The notes under the pieces were generated by a model. The model made no database searches. It was not told the origin of the DNA and saw only the letters and a list, made by a program, of their open reading frames with translations. DNA of 64,000 nt, taken from positions 5,766,001-5,830,000 of the forward strand of contig OZ316775.1 in assembly GCA_973851085.1 (NCBI GenBank). The letters run 5' to 3'. Below are positions 12,601 through 23,299 of the stretch, one piece after another. Position 1 is the stretch's first letter. Each line of letters starts with the position of its first letter. The DNA comes from Ptychomitrium polyphyllum (Eukaryota). A program made the position numbers and the translations under genes.

Positions 12601-15131
12601 TCTGTGTATATTGTGATGGTATGTTGAGCTCCTTCCAATAAGTGTCGCCATTCTTCAAACGCATCCACAATTGCAAGTAGTTCTTTATCATGTATGTCAT
12701 AGTTGATCTCTGCCGCTGAGAACTTCCTTCAACAAAAAGCAAGAGGGTGAAGTCTTCCGTCTTCATCATATTGTGAAAGTATTGAGCCAAGTGCAAAATC
12801 TGAGGCATCCGCTTTCAAATAAAAAGACTTTGATGGATTTGGATGAATAAGAATTGGAGCCAATGTGAATGACTTCTTAAGACTTTAAAATGCTTTTTCC
12901 GCCTCTTCATCCCAAATGAATTTTTGCTTCCCCGTAAGACGTGTTAATGGTGCCGCAATCTTGGAATAATTCTTGATGAATATTCTATAGAAGTTTGCAA
13001 ATCCCAAGAAACATTGAACATCTTGAATTGATCTTGGCGTATTCCACTCCATGACAGTGCTTATTTTTTTCTTATCCATATGGATTCCTCCTTTGGAAAT
13101 GATGTAGTCTAAAATTCAACCGAGGATTCATGGAAAAGGCACTTCTCCAATTTGGCGTATAATCCTCGCTAGCGTAGTTTTTCTAAGACCAGTCACACAT
13201 GACATTCGTGATCTTGTTCATCCTTTGAATATATCAAAATATCATCTAAGTAGATGACTACAAAATCATCAAGATGTTCATGGAAGATATCATTCATCAC
13301 ATGTTGAAAGCCTGCAGGAGCATTAGTAAGGCCAAAAGGCATGACATTGTATTCAAAATGACCATATCTAGATCAAAAAGCTGTCTTCCATTCGTCTCCT
13401 TCTTTGATGCGTACAAGATTGTAGGCTCCTCTAAGATCAATTTTGGTGAATATCTTTGCTTGGCCAAGTTGTTGTAGGAGTCCTGAGATTAGTGGTAATG
13501 GATAGCAATTCTTTTTTGTTACTTTATTGAGGCCTCGATAGTCCACGCACATACGTAATGATCCATCTTTCTTCTTTACAAATAGAATGGGTGGTCCAGC
13601 AGGTGATTTAGAGTGTTGAATGAATCCCTTTCCAAGGTTTTCATCAATATATTCTTTCAAGGCAGCCAACTCAGTTTGTGATAAATTATAAATAGGTCCA
13701 AAAGGTGGTTGGGCGCCTTCTTGCAACTCAATGGTACAATCATAAGGCCGGTGCTTTGGTAACATGTCTGCATTCTTCTTCTCAAAAATGTCTTTATAAT
13801 CTTGATATTGACGAGGTATATTTTGATTAGCCTCTATTGTAGTGCTAGACATTGGCGTGGCATAAATGGCATAGATTGGTTCATCCTTTACCGCTCTCAT
13901 AAATGCCTTAGCTCCAATAAATGATGGTCCAAGATTTCTTGTATCTTGACGTCTTTTCTTTGAGACCACACTCCGTGAGCGCCAATCAATATCTGGATTA
14001 TGTAATTCAAACCAAGGAAGGCCCAAAACAATAGGATTTGTTCGGCATTGAATGATGTTGAAGACAATCTTAGATGCATGGTCTCCTAAAACAACCCCCA
14101 AGGGTTGAGTTTCTTCAATAACGTTGCCAAACGCAAGAGATCGTCCATTAATAACTTCAACATGTGCGAGGTATTTTTTCTTCACAAGTTCCATGTGATG
14201 TTTGGTTGCAAAATCTTTGTCCATAAAACATGCCGTTGCACCAGTGCCTAAAAGAACCTCACTAATTATTTCATCATCTAACAATTTAATTCTGATAGGA
14301 AATGTAAAATAAGAGGTAGGATTTGAAGGTAGTAAGAGACCTTGATTTGATGGTGGTTTCCTTGTGGTGTCCAGTTGCATGGTCCCTGCTGTGACTGGAC
14401 AGCCTCGTTTTCCAACTCCACCATTGTGCTTTGAGCCTTAAAGGCAGATCCTTTGATTTGGCAATTGCGCACTTTATGTCTAGACTTGCCACAATACAAC
14501 CATAGGTTTTCTCTTCGACGCCTTTCTTTTTCTTCTGGAGTCAAACGTCTGAGCTGGGCAGCATCAATTTGCATAGGTTCTGGTTCTTGTGGTCGGCTTT
14601 CCAATATTCTTGAAGAAGTGGTAGCCATGCTTTGATGTATTGGTCGCCATCCCAAGCGTTGTTCTTGGCGCCTCTCAAATAGTCTGTTGTCGCATGCTAT
14701 TGCTTGATGTTAAGAGTAGTACAAGGCAGAATTCAAGATGATCAACAATTTGTGTTGGCAAGACTATGGATTACTTTGATATGCCTTTTATTTTTCTTAT
14801 GACGTTTGTATCTCCTATGATACTTCTAAAGAAGCTTCCTACAAGGCTTAAGAATCTGTTGGAAGTCCAAGGAACCTTCGTAAGGAGTTTCCTAAGACGT
14901 TGGAACCTTCCTAAGAGGCTTCCAAGAAGTTGGAATTTTCCTCGGAAGTTCCTTAATGTAACGGAACCTTCTTTGGAAGTTTCGTAAAGAGGTAGAACCT
15001 TCCTAAGAAGCTGCTTAAGAACATGAAATGACTATGGAGACATCTAAAAGTATTCTAAGAAGGTATTATAGTATACTAGAAGGTTCAAGAATGTCCTAAG
15101 GACTATATATGCATGATTTATGTCCGTGACA
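9622..15131 (-). mobile_element. Ty3/Gypsy chromovirus (Tcn1-like), copy A: truncated LTR 15131-14708, 3' part of gag, disrupted PR-RT-RH-IN-chromodomain, extra ORF, 3' LTR 10247-9622
   Basis: ORF track shows RT ([21 protein letters not shown]), RNase H, integrase ([31 protein letters not shown]) and chromodomain (YEVEEILDSR..YLIHW..TWEP). It is the mirror image of 15523-20657. Confidence 0.95.
10303..10902 (-). CDS. Additional 3' ORF of the chromovirus (199 aa, unknown function), copy A
   Basis: Translation is identical to 19750-20349; its ATG overlaps the pol stop codon. Confidence 0.55.
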   Translation of the reverse strand: MMCDQQPLASQRSFSVIDKYKKGGEIPKPPIVCSINSKIDHFQILANISNLRVIMDMREEQLAMPSSTTTSVEPTQLFQPSVTEDLSQDMRGTSQRRVRPRAEVLTSRPSHSSLDSDARALVILLESRRVTPGRPEILFGGCFEGLNQDQILGWDISTIEVLAGGHRRYLQGPVERVNKEQRAEHVASLLEQMLEFVEM

Positions 15132-15278
15132 GTATCAAGTGCATGTTAATCATTAGCTCTTTAGAAGCTAATTCTTGAGAAACACTTTGTTTTTGTTTCT
15201 TGTTTGTTGTGTCTCTATTTGTTTGGCAAGACTACTCTTCATCTCTGTCAAAGCTAAGGTTCTTTTAAGAGGATATTA
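15132..15278 (+). mobile_element. LTR U5 end plus primer-binding site and start of the element leader
   Basis: gtatcaag...gtgtctcta matches the LTR 3' end. The following tttggcaagactactcttcatctctgtcaaagctaag is homologous to the leader next to the LTR at 30420-30455 (-). Confidence 0.75.
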
Positions 15279-15422
15279 GATTACCCATCTTCTCTAGGAT
15301 TCCATAGCGTTTTAGAGGTTGCGGATTACCCATCTTCTTTAAGATTCCATCGCGTCTTAGAGGTTGCGGATTACCCATCTTCTTTAGGATTCCATCGCAT
15401 CTTAGAGGTTGCGGATTACCCT
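15279..15422 (+). repeat. 45-bp tandem repeat (3.2 copies) in the element leader, running into the gap
   Basis: Unit GATTACCCATCTTCTTTAGGATTCCATCGCGTCTTAGAGGTTGCG starts at 15279, 15324, 15369 and 15414. Confidence 0.9.
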
Positions 15423-15522
15423 NNNNNNNNNNNNNNNNNNNNNNNNNNNNNNNNNNNNNNNNNNNNNNNNNNNNNNNNNNNNNNNNNNNNNNNNNNNNNN
15501 NNNNNNNNNNNNNNNNNNNNNN
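15423..15522. other. Assembly gap (100 N, true size unknown)
   Basis: Exactly 100 N. Confidence 1.
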
Positions 15523-15944
15523 TCACGGACATAAATCATGCATATATAGTCCTTAGGACATTCTTGAACCTTCTAGTATACTATAATACCTTCTTAGAAT
15601 ACTTTTAGATGTCTCCATAGTCATTTCATGTTCTTAAGCAGCTTCTTAGGAAGGTTCTACCTCTTTACGAAACTTCCAAAGAAGGTTCCGTTACATTAAG
15701 GAACTTCCGAGGAAAATTCCAACTTCTTGGAAGCCTCTTAGGAAGGTTCCAACGTCTTAGGAAACTCCTTACGAAGGTTCCTTGGACTTCCAACAGATTC
15801 TTAAGCCTTGTAGGAAGCTTCTTTAGAAGTATCATAGGAGATACAAACGTCATAAGAAAAATAAAAGGCATATCAAAGTAATCCATAGTCTTGCCAACAC
15901 AAATTGTTGATCATCTTGAATTCTGCCTTGTACTACTCTTAACA

Positions 15945-18900
15945 TCAAGCAATAGCATGCGACAACAGACTATTTGAGAGGCGCCAAGAACAACGCTTGG
16001 GATGGCGACCAATACATCAAAGCATGGCTACCACTTCTTCAAGAATATTGGAAAGCCGACCACAAGAACCAGAACCTATGCAAATTGATGCTGCCCAGCT
16101 CAGACGTTTGACTCCAGAAGAAAAAGAAAGGCGTCGAAGAGAAAACCTATGGTTGTATTGTGGCAAGTCTAGACATAAAGTGCGCAATTGCCAAATCAAA
16201 GGATCTGCCTTTAAGGCTCAAAGCACAATGGTGGAGTTGGAAAACGAGGCTGTCCAGTCACAGCAGGGACCATGCAACTGGACACCACAAGGAAACCACC
16301 ATCAAATCAAGGTCTCTTACTACCTTCAAATCCTACCTCTTATTTTACATTTCCTATCAGAATTAAATTGTTAGATGATGAAATAATTAGTGAGGTTCTT
16401 TTAGGCACTGGTGCAACGGCATGTTTTATGGACAAAGATTTTGCAACCAAACATCACATGGAACTTGTGAAGAAAAAATACCTCGCACATGTTGAAGTTA
16501 TTAATGGACGATCTCTTGCGTTTGGCAACGTTATTGAAGAAACTCAACCCTTGGGGGTTGTTTTAGGAGACCATGCATCTAAGATTGTCTTCAACATCAT
16601 TCAATGCCGAACAAATCCTATTGTTTTGGGCCTTCCTTGATTTGAATTACATAATCCAGATATTGATTGGCGCTCACGGAGTGTGGTCTCAAAGAAAAGA
16701 CGTCAAGATACAAGAAATCTTGGACCATCATTTATTGGAGCTAAGGCATTTATGAGAGCGGTAAAGGATGAACCAATCTATGCCATTTATGCCACGCCAA
16801 TGTCTAGCACTACAATAGAGGCTAATCAAAATATACCTCGTCAATATCAAGATTATAAAGACATTTTTGAGAAGAAGAATGCAGACATGTTACCAAAGCA
16901 CCGGCCTTATGATTGTACCATTGAGTTGCAAGAAGGCGCCCAACCACCTTTTGGACCTATTTATAATTTATCACAAACTGAGTTGGCTGCCTTGAAAGAA
17001 TATATTGATGAAAACCTTGGAAAGGGATTCATTCAACACTCTAAATCACCTGCTGGACCACCCATTCTATTTGTAAAGAAGAAAGATGGATCATTACGTA
17101 TGTGCGTGGACTATCGAGGCCTCAATAAAGTAACAAAAAAGAATTGCTATCCATTACCACTAATCTCAGGACTCCTACAACAACTTGGCCAAGCAAAGAT
17201 ATTCACCAAAATTGATCTTAGAGGAGCCTACAATCTTGTACGCATCAAAGAAGGAGACGAATGGAAGACAGCTTTTTGATCTAGATATGGTCATTTTGAA
17301 TACAATGTCATGCCTTTTGGCCTTACTAATGCTCCTGCAGGCTTTCAACATGTGATGAATGATATCTTCCATGAACATCTTGATGATTTTGTAGTCATCT
17401 ACTTAGATGATATTTTGATATATTCAAAGGATGAACAAGATCACGAATGTCATGTGTGACTGGTCTTAGAAAAACTACGCTAGCGAGGATTATACGCCAA
17501 ATTGGAGAAGTGCCTTTTCCATGAATCCTCGGTTGAATTTTAGACTACATCATTTCCAAAGGAGGAATCCATATGGATAAGAAAAAAATAAGCACTGTCA
17601 TGGAGTGGAATACGCCAAGATCAATTCAAGATGTTCAATGTTTCTTGGGATTTGCAAACTTCTATAGAATATTCATCAAGAATTATTCCAAGATTGCGGC
17701 ACCATTAACACGTCTTACGGGGAAGCAAAAATTCATTTGGGATGAAGAGGCGGAAAAAGCATTTCAAAGTCTTAAGAAGTCATTCACATTGGCTCCAATT
17801 CTTATTCATCCAAATCCATCAAAGTCTTTTTATTTGAAAGCGGATGCCTCAGATTTTGCACTTGGCTCAATACTTTCACAATATGATGAAGACGGAAGAC
17901 TTCACCCTCTTGCTTTTTGTTGAAGGAAGTTCTCAGCGGCAGAGATCAACTATGACATACATGATAAAGAACTACTTGCAATTGTGGATGCGTTTGAAGA
18001 ATGGCGACACTTATTGGAAGGAGCTCAACATACCATCACAATATACACAGACCACAAGAACTTGGAGTATTTCATGAGTGCGCGCGTTTTGAATTGCCGT
18101 CAAGCAAGGTGGAGTATGTCGCTTTCTAGATTTGACTTTGTCATTACCTATCAATCTAGTAGCTTGCAAGGTAAGCTAGATGCCTTATCTGGAAGATCTT
18201 ATTTAGCTCCTCAACTTGGAGATGATGTTTTGAATCAACAAAGGATTATTCTATTGAAGCTTGAGAATCTTCAATTGAAAGCAACAATTATTACGACAAC
18301 ATCCCATTTTGACAAAATTCGGAAGGCTTTAAAGAATGACGTCTTTGTTTCAAATATAAAGAAGCGCCTCAAAGACAATGGAGGTCCTTCAAATAGCGAT
18401 GAGGATTTTGAATTCCAAGAGGGCCTACTTTATTATAAAAGACTTTTGTACCTACCTCCAGGCCCTTTGCGGTTGAAGATCCTTCAAGCACGTCATGATT
18501 TTCCAGCAGCAGGACATTCTGGATTCAATAAAACAATGGAGTTGATTGCTAGAGACTATTGGTGGCCACAAATGTGGAAGTACATGAAGAACTTTGTTCG
18601 ATCATGCGACACTTGTGCAAGAGCCAAGGTACCAAGGCACCAACCTCATGGTCTCCTCCATCCGCTTCCAGTGCCAAAGGGCCCATGGTTGTCTTTATCA
18701 ATGGATTTTATTACGGACCTTCTAAACTCCGATTTTAAGGATTCTATTTTGGTAGTGGTGGATCGATTTACCAAAATGGCACATTTCATTCCATGCAACA
18801 AGACGGTAACGGGAGAAGAAACTGCCAAGTTGTTCCTAAATCATGTCTACCGCATATATGGACTACCAGATGATATTGTATCCGATCGAGGGCCACAATT

Positions 18901-19750
18901 CATTTCCAACTTTTGGAGGACTCTATTCCAGCTATTGCGTGTAAAGATCAATCTTTCTTCAGCACACCATCCGCAAACTGATGGCCAAACCGAACGTGTG
19001 AATCAAATTTTGGAACAGTACCTTCGTTGTAGCATAAACTACCAGTAAGACAACTGGATGGATCTCTTGCCTTTGGCAGAATTTTCTTATAACAATACGA
19101 TGCATTCTTCAACAACTCAAAGTCCATTCTTTGCAAACTATGGCCATCATCCTTGAGCAGATCCATTTCAAGTGAAGCATGTTGGAAGTCCTGCAGCAGA
19201 GGATTTTGCAATTCAACTTGCTAAAATCCATCAAGAAATTACATTCCAGTTACAACAAGCTCAAGATCGTTACAAAACTTATGCAGGTCGCCATCGAAAG
19301 GACCATCCAAAGTTCAAGGTTGGAGATAGCGTATGGCTCCTACGACAAAATATACAGACAAAAAGACCATCAAAGAAGTTGGACTATCAAAGGCTGGGAC
19401 TGTTTGAAATCAGCAAACAGATAAATCCGATTAATTATCGCCTAAAACTACTACCAAGCATTTAAATTCATCCAATATTCCACGTATCGTTGTTGGAAAC
19501 CTATAACAAATCATGTATACCAGAGAGAATTGTCCCTCCACCTCTTCTGCTGGAAATCAATAATGAAATTGAATATGAAGTGGAAGAGATCTTAGATTCA
19601 CGCATCAAAAACGGACGTATAGAGTACCTTATACATTGGCAAGAATATGGCATCAATGACCGAACATGGGAACCTTCAACAAATGTAACAAATGCATCCA
19701 AGAAGGTACGCAAATTTCATCAAAGATATCCTCAGAAACCAGGTCAGTGA
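15945..19750 (+). pseudogene. Disrupted gag-pol
   Basis: Gag 5' part is missing. The zinc knuckle reads WLYCGKSRHKVRNC (first Cys lost) and the protease motif reads LLGTGA (catalytic Asp lost). YLDD at ~17400. Stops at 16640, 17279, 17923, 19048 and 19465, plus a frameshift near 17540. Confidence 0.9.
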
Positions 19751-20349
19751 TGATGTGTGATCAGCAGCCATTAGCTTCACAGAGAAGTTTTTCCGTCATA
19801 GACAAGTATAAGAAGGGAGGAGAGATACCCAAACCTCCAATTGTATGCAGCATTAACTCCAAGATAGATCATTTCCAGATCCTAGCCAATATATCAAATC
19901 TTCGTGTTATCATGGATATGCGTGAAGAGCAGTTGGCCATGCCTTCATCAACAACAACATCTGTTGAACCAACTCAACTTTTTCAGCCCTCGGTAACGGA
20001 GGATCTAAGTCAAGATATGAGAGGGACATCCCAACGTCGAGTACGACCTCGTGCAGAAGTATTGACTAGTCGCCCTTCACATTCCAGTCTTGATTCAGAT
20101 GCTCGCGCTCTAGTCATCTTGTTAGAAAGTAGAAGAGTCACTCCTGGAAGACCCGAAATCTTGTTTGGAGGTTGTTTTGAAGGACTTAATCAAGATCAAA
20201 TCTTGGGATGGGACATTTCAACAATAGAAGTCTTGGCTGGTGGCCATCGGCGCTATTTGCAAGGACCAGTTGAACGAGTGAACAAAGAACAACGAGCAGA
20301 GCATGTTGCTTCACTCCTTGAACAAATGTTGGAATTTGTAGAAATGTGA
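19750..20349 (+). CDS. Additional 3' ORF of the chromovirus (199 aa, MMCDQQPLASQ...QMLEFVEM), copy B
   Basis: 600-nt open frame filling the interval between the chromodomain stop and the PPT; no family recognised. Confidence 0.55.
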   Translation: MMCDQQPLASQRSFSVIDKYKKGGEIPKPPIVCSINSKIDHFQILANISNLRVIMDMREEQLAMPSSTTTSVEPTQLFQPSVTEDLSQDMRGTSQRRVRPRAEVLTSRPSHSSLDSDARALVILLESRRVTPGRPEILFGGCFEGLNQDQILGWDISTIEVLAGGHRRYLQGPVERVNKEQRAEHVASLLEQMLEFVEM

Positions 20350-20390
20350 TAAGCAAGCCAAGAAAAGAGCTCCTCATGGAACTTGTCCCT

Positions 20391-20404
20391 AAATGGGAAG
20401 GTGA
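20391..20404 (+). promoter_or_regulatory. Polypurine tract
   Basis: AAATGGGAAGGTGA directly abuts the TG of the 3' LTR. Confidence 0.7.
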
Positions 20405-21004
20405 TGTTACGGACATAGATCATGCAACATAGTCCTTAGAACATTCTAGAACCTTGTAGTATACTATAATAGCTTTTTAGAATACTTTTAGATGTTTCCA
20501 TGGTCTTTCCATGTCCTTAGGAAGCTTCTTAGGAAAGTTCCTGCACCTTAGAAAACTTCCTAGGAAGGTTCTATGATCTTAGGTAACTTCTTAGAAAACT
20601 TCCTAGGAAGGTTCTATGATCTTAGGTAACTTCTTAGGAAACTTCCTAGGAAGGTTCAGTTACATTAGGAAACTTTCAAGGAATGTTCCAATTCCTTGGA
20701 AGCTTCTTAGGAAGGTTCCAACATCTTAGGAACTTCTTGGAAAGGTTCCCTAGACTTCCAGAACATTCTAAAGCTTTGTAGGAAGCTTCTTCAGAAGTAT
20801 CCAAGGAGATACCAACGTTAGAGTACGAATAGGAGGCAAGATAAGGTATTCCTTGGTCTTGCCAACACAAGTTGTGGATCATCTTGAATCCTGCCTTGTT
20901 CTAGTCTTTGTATCAAGTTCTTGTTAATCATTAGCTCTTTGGAAGCTAATTCTTGGAAAACACCCCCTTTTTACTACTTGTTTTTTGTATCACTAACAAT
21001 TCGA

Positions 21005-21720
21005 GCATCTACAATGGCTTTTAAAAAGTCAAAAAGACTTCCAAGGAAGTTATGTCTACTTAGAAAGCTTCCAAAGAAGCAACTTAAGGTTGCTTGAATA
21101 CAAAACAATACAGTAGAAGCTTTTTAAGAAGTTTTTACGGCTTATAGTCTTAGTAGATATAAGAGTTGTAGCTAAAAGAATCTTCAATTTTAACAATGCT
21201 TTTTTGTAATCTAACTCAAGTCTTCTAGCCCTATTTCTATACCTAGTTATAATTCTTTACTTCAAATATACCTTTAATATATCTTGTTCCACATTTTGGA
21301 ATCTTGAAGCCTTCTCTTGGAGTTATCAGGTCCGTAACAATTTGTCAAAATTATTCTACAACAATATCAAAGCTTAGTCTTTCTTGAGAAAGATTGGAAT
21401 ATTCTTCTTTTGAAAAGCACTATAACACTCCAAAGGTTGCAGATTATACTCCTCTATACTGATATTATATCTTCATATTTCTTTGGTTTTTTGCATATTT
21501 AGCAATATTAATTTATATTTGTTTCATTTCAATGCAAGAAGGTGAAAAGCTCAATATGACAAATTCAAAAGAAGGCATTATAGATTCCATTATCAATATC
21601 TTTGAAAAATTGGAAATCAAAACCAAGACTTTATCCAAGCAAAATGAAGAATTTTATTTGACCATAGATAATAGTCAAGGAACAAAAGTACCATAGTTGC
21701 TATCCAATTCAACTTAGGTG
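21005..21720 (+). mobile_element. Decayed LTR, leader and gag start of a second, older Gypsy family
   Basis: 21050-21150 (cttccaaagaagcaac..tagaagctttt) resembles the reverse complement of the LTR-like segment at 60790-60900. Boundaries are approximate. Confidence 0.45.
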
Positions 21721-23299
21721 TTCTGTTGTTTTGAATTAATTTAGAAGAAAACGATGTAGTAATGTAATTAATTATATATATCAAAACTTGAGTAGTATTT
21801 GTTGTTTGGTATATTTTGAAAAGAGTATTAAAAAGAAGAAATAATTAGATTAAAATAAAGGTTGTGGTGAAACCACAATTTTTATTTATCTTGGAGGTAG
21901 AACCGTATCTTGTCTTAGCTCAGAGTGATTAGGCTGGTTGACTGTAATTTTTCCTACCTGCCGTTTTTGCTAGTAGTTTTAAGTCAAGTGCTACCGTTCT
22001 ATTCAACAAACTCATCAAGAATCAAACTTGGACCGGTTCAGCAGCTGAAACTTATCCAGTCAACCAAGTTCATGACTTGGTGTCTGAACCTACCTCGACA
22101 ATGGTTTTATTCTTAACTTGTTTCTTGTTGAATTTCAATTTTTTTCTTACTTTTTTTAATTTATTTTAGATTTTTTTAGTTTCTATTTTAGACTTGTGAG
22201 GGTTGATTTCATCTTCTTTGTAGTTGGAACCTAGAAGTTTCAACCAAAAGAAAGAAAAGAAATAAAAGCAAAAAAAAAAGATTTAGGTTGTTTTTTATTT
22301 AAAGATATGGTTAGATAAGGGTTTGATAAAGGAGATTAAGGGCTGATGTGGAGAGATATAGCTGATGTGGAGAGATAAGGGGCGGATGTGGCGGTTTGAC
22401 CATCGCCCTCTTCTTTTCTCTCAGCCTCTCCCACTAAAATAAGAAGGCAGCCCTTCTTTGGATGAGATCTCATAGTATACTTTTTGGTTTGAGTTGGTTT
22501 TTATTGGATTTTATTTTTTTTCTTTGTAAGCTTTTTAGAAAGCCATCACACGCTCCATTTGAAATTAGTATGTGGTCGTGGCTTTAGTTTGAGTAAAGTT
22601 AAGTTAGTTGCCTTGAGTTTTTGAACGCAGCTAGTTTGAATGTTTGTAACTTCTTGTAGAAACGTTTTTTGTAAGTGAAATTTTTAGAGAAAGGTTTTGA
22701 TTACTTTGAAAAGATGGTGTCAAAATTTGGTGAGCATTGGACTTTTTGAGCAAAAAATATAAAGACAAATGCAACCGGGGTATAAAAGACAGTGTACAAT
22801 AGAGCTTGGGGTTGTACAATTTGGGTCATTATAGATGATAGAAGGATTTTCTAAGGGTGATCTTTTGACAAGGTGTTTATTATAAGATATGTATTATGTA
22901 CACAAAATTCAAAATTTGAATTTATCATAAAAGAAGAGTTATGAAGTGGTAAAGTGATAGGGATATAGGAGCTATAGTAATGAAGAATGTAAACTTTGAA
23001 GTTATGGATCTTAGAGGGTACTAAGGATTTGGCAATTAAAATTGATATATAGCCTACTGAATTTTTCAAGAAGGTTTTGTTAAAATTTTAGGTGCTTTGG
23101 ATTAGTTTTCTAGAAGTTATGACATATTTAGCATTCGGGATTGTCAAGGCAACATAGAGGGAAAATTTGAAGTTGGATATTTGCTTCATTGGATGTTAAA
23201 AATATAATATCTTCATGGATCTTAACCTTGATCACTTAGATGCTAAAAAGATCTTATATTTTCTACAACTACCACTCTCTCCACAACAACGCCTAAGCA

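Larger units (their letters stand above)
15523..20998 (+). mobile_element. Ty3/Gypsy chromovirus, copy B: truncated LTR 15523-15944, partial gag, pol, extra ORF, PPT, 3' LTR 20405-20998
   Basis: Domain order PR-RT-RH-IN-CHD; LTR termini TG...CA; purine-rich tract immediately before 20405. Confidence 0.95.

Noticed and set aside
14766..14987. ORFs inside LTRs (also 9524-9802, 15665-15886, 20676-20882)
   Set aside because: They arise from the LTR subrepeats and are not kept open between LTR copies.
15279..15422. Regular repeats resembling a CRISPR array
   Set aside because: Head-to-tail units without unique spacers, in a eukaryotic retroelement leader, with no cas genes.
19666..19749. N-terminal 28 aa of the 227-aa ORF call
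   Set aside because: Overlaps the chromodomain in another frame; the ATG at 19750 is the more plausible start.
9093..20998. One intact element bounded by LTRs 9093 and 20998
   Set aside because: No TSD (GCTAT vs ATTCG), and the interior is an inverted duplication rather than a single gag-pol.
21925..22116. Identical 63-aa ORFs here and at 24466-24657
   Set aside because: Identity reflects the recent inverted duplication, not selection; non-ATG start and no homology recognised.
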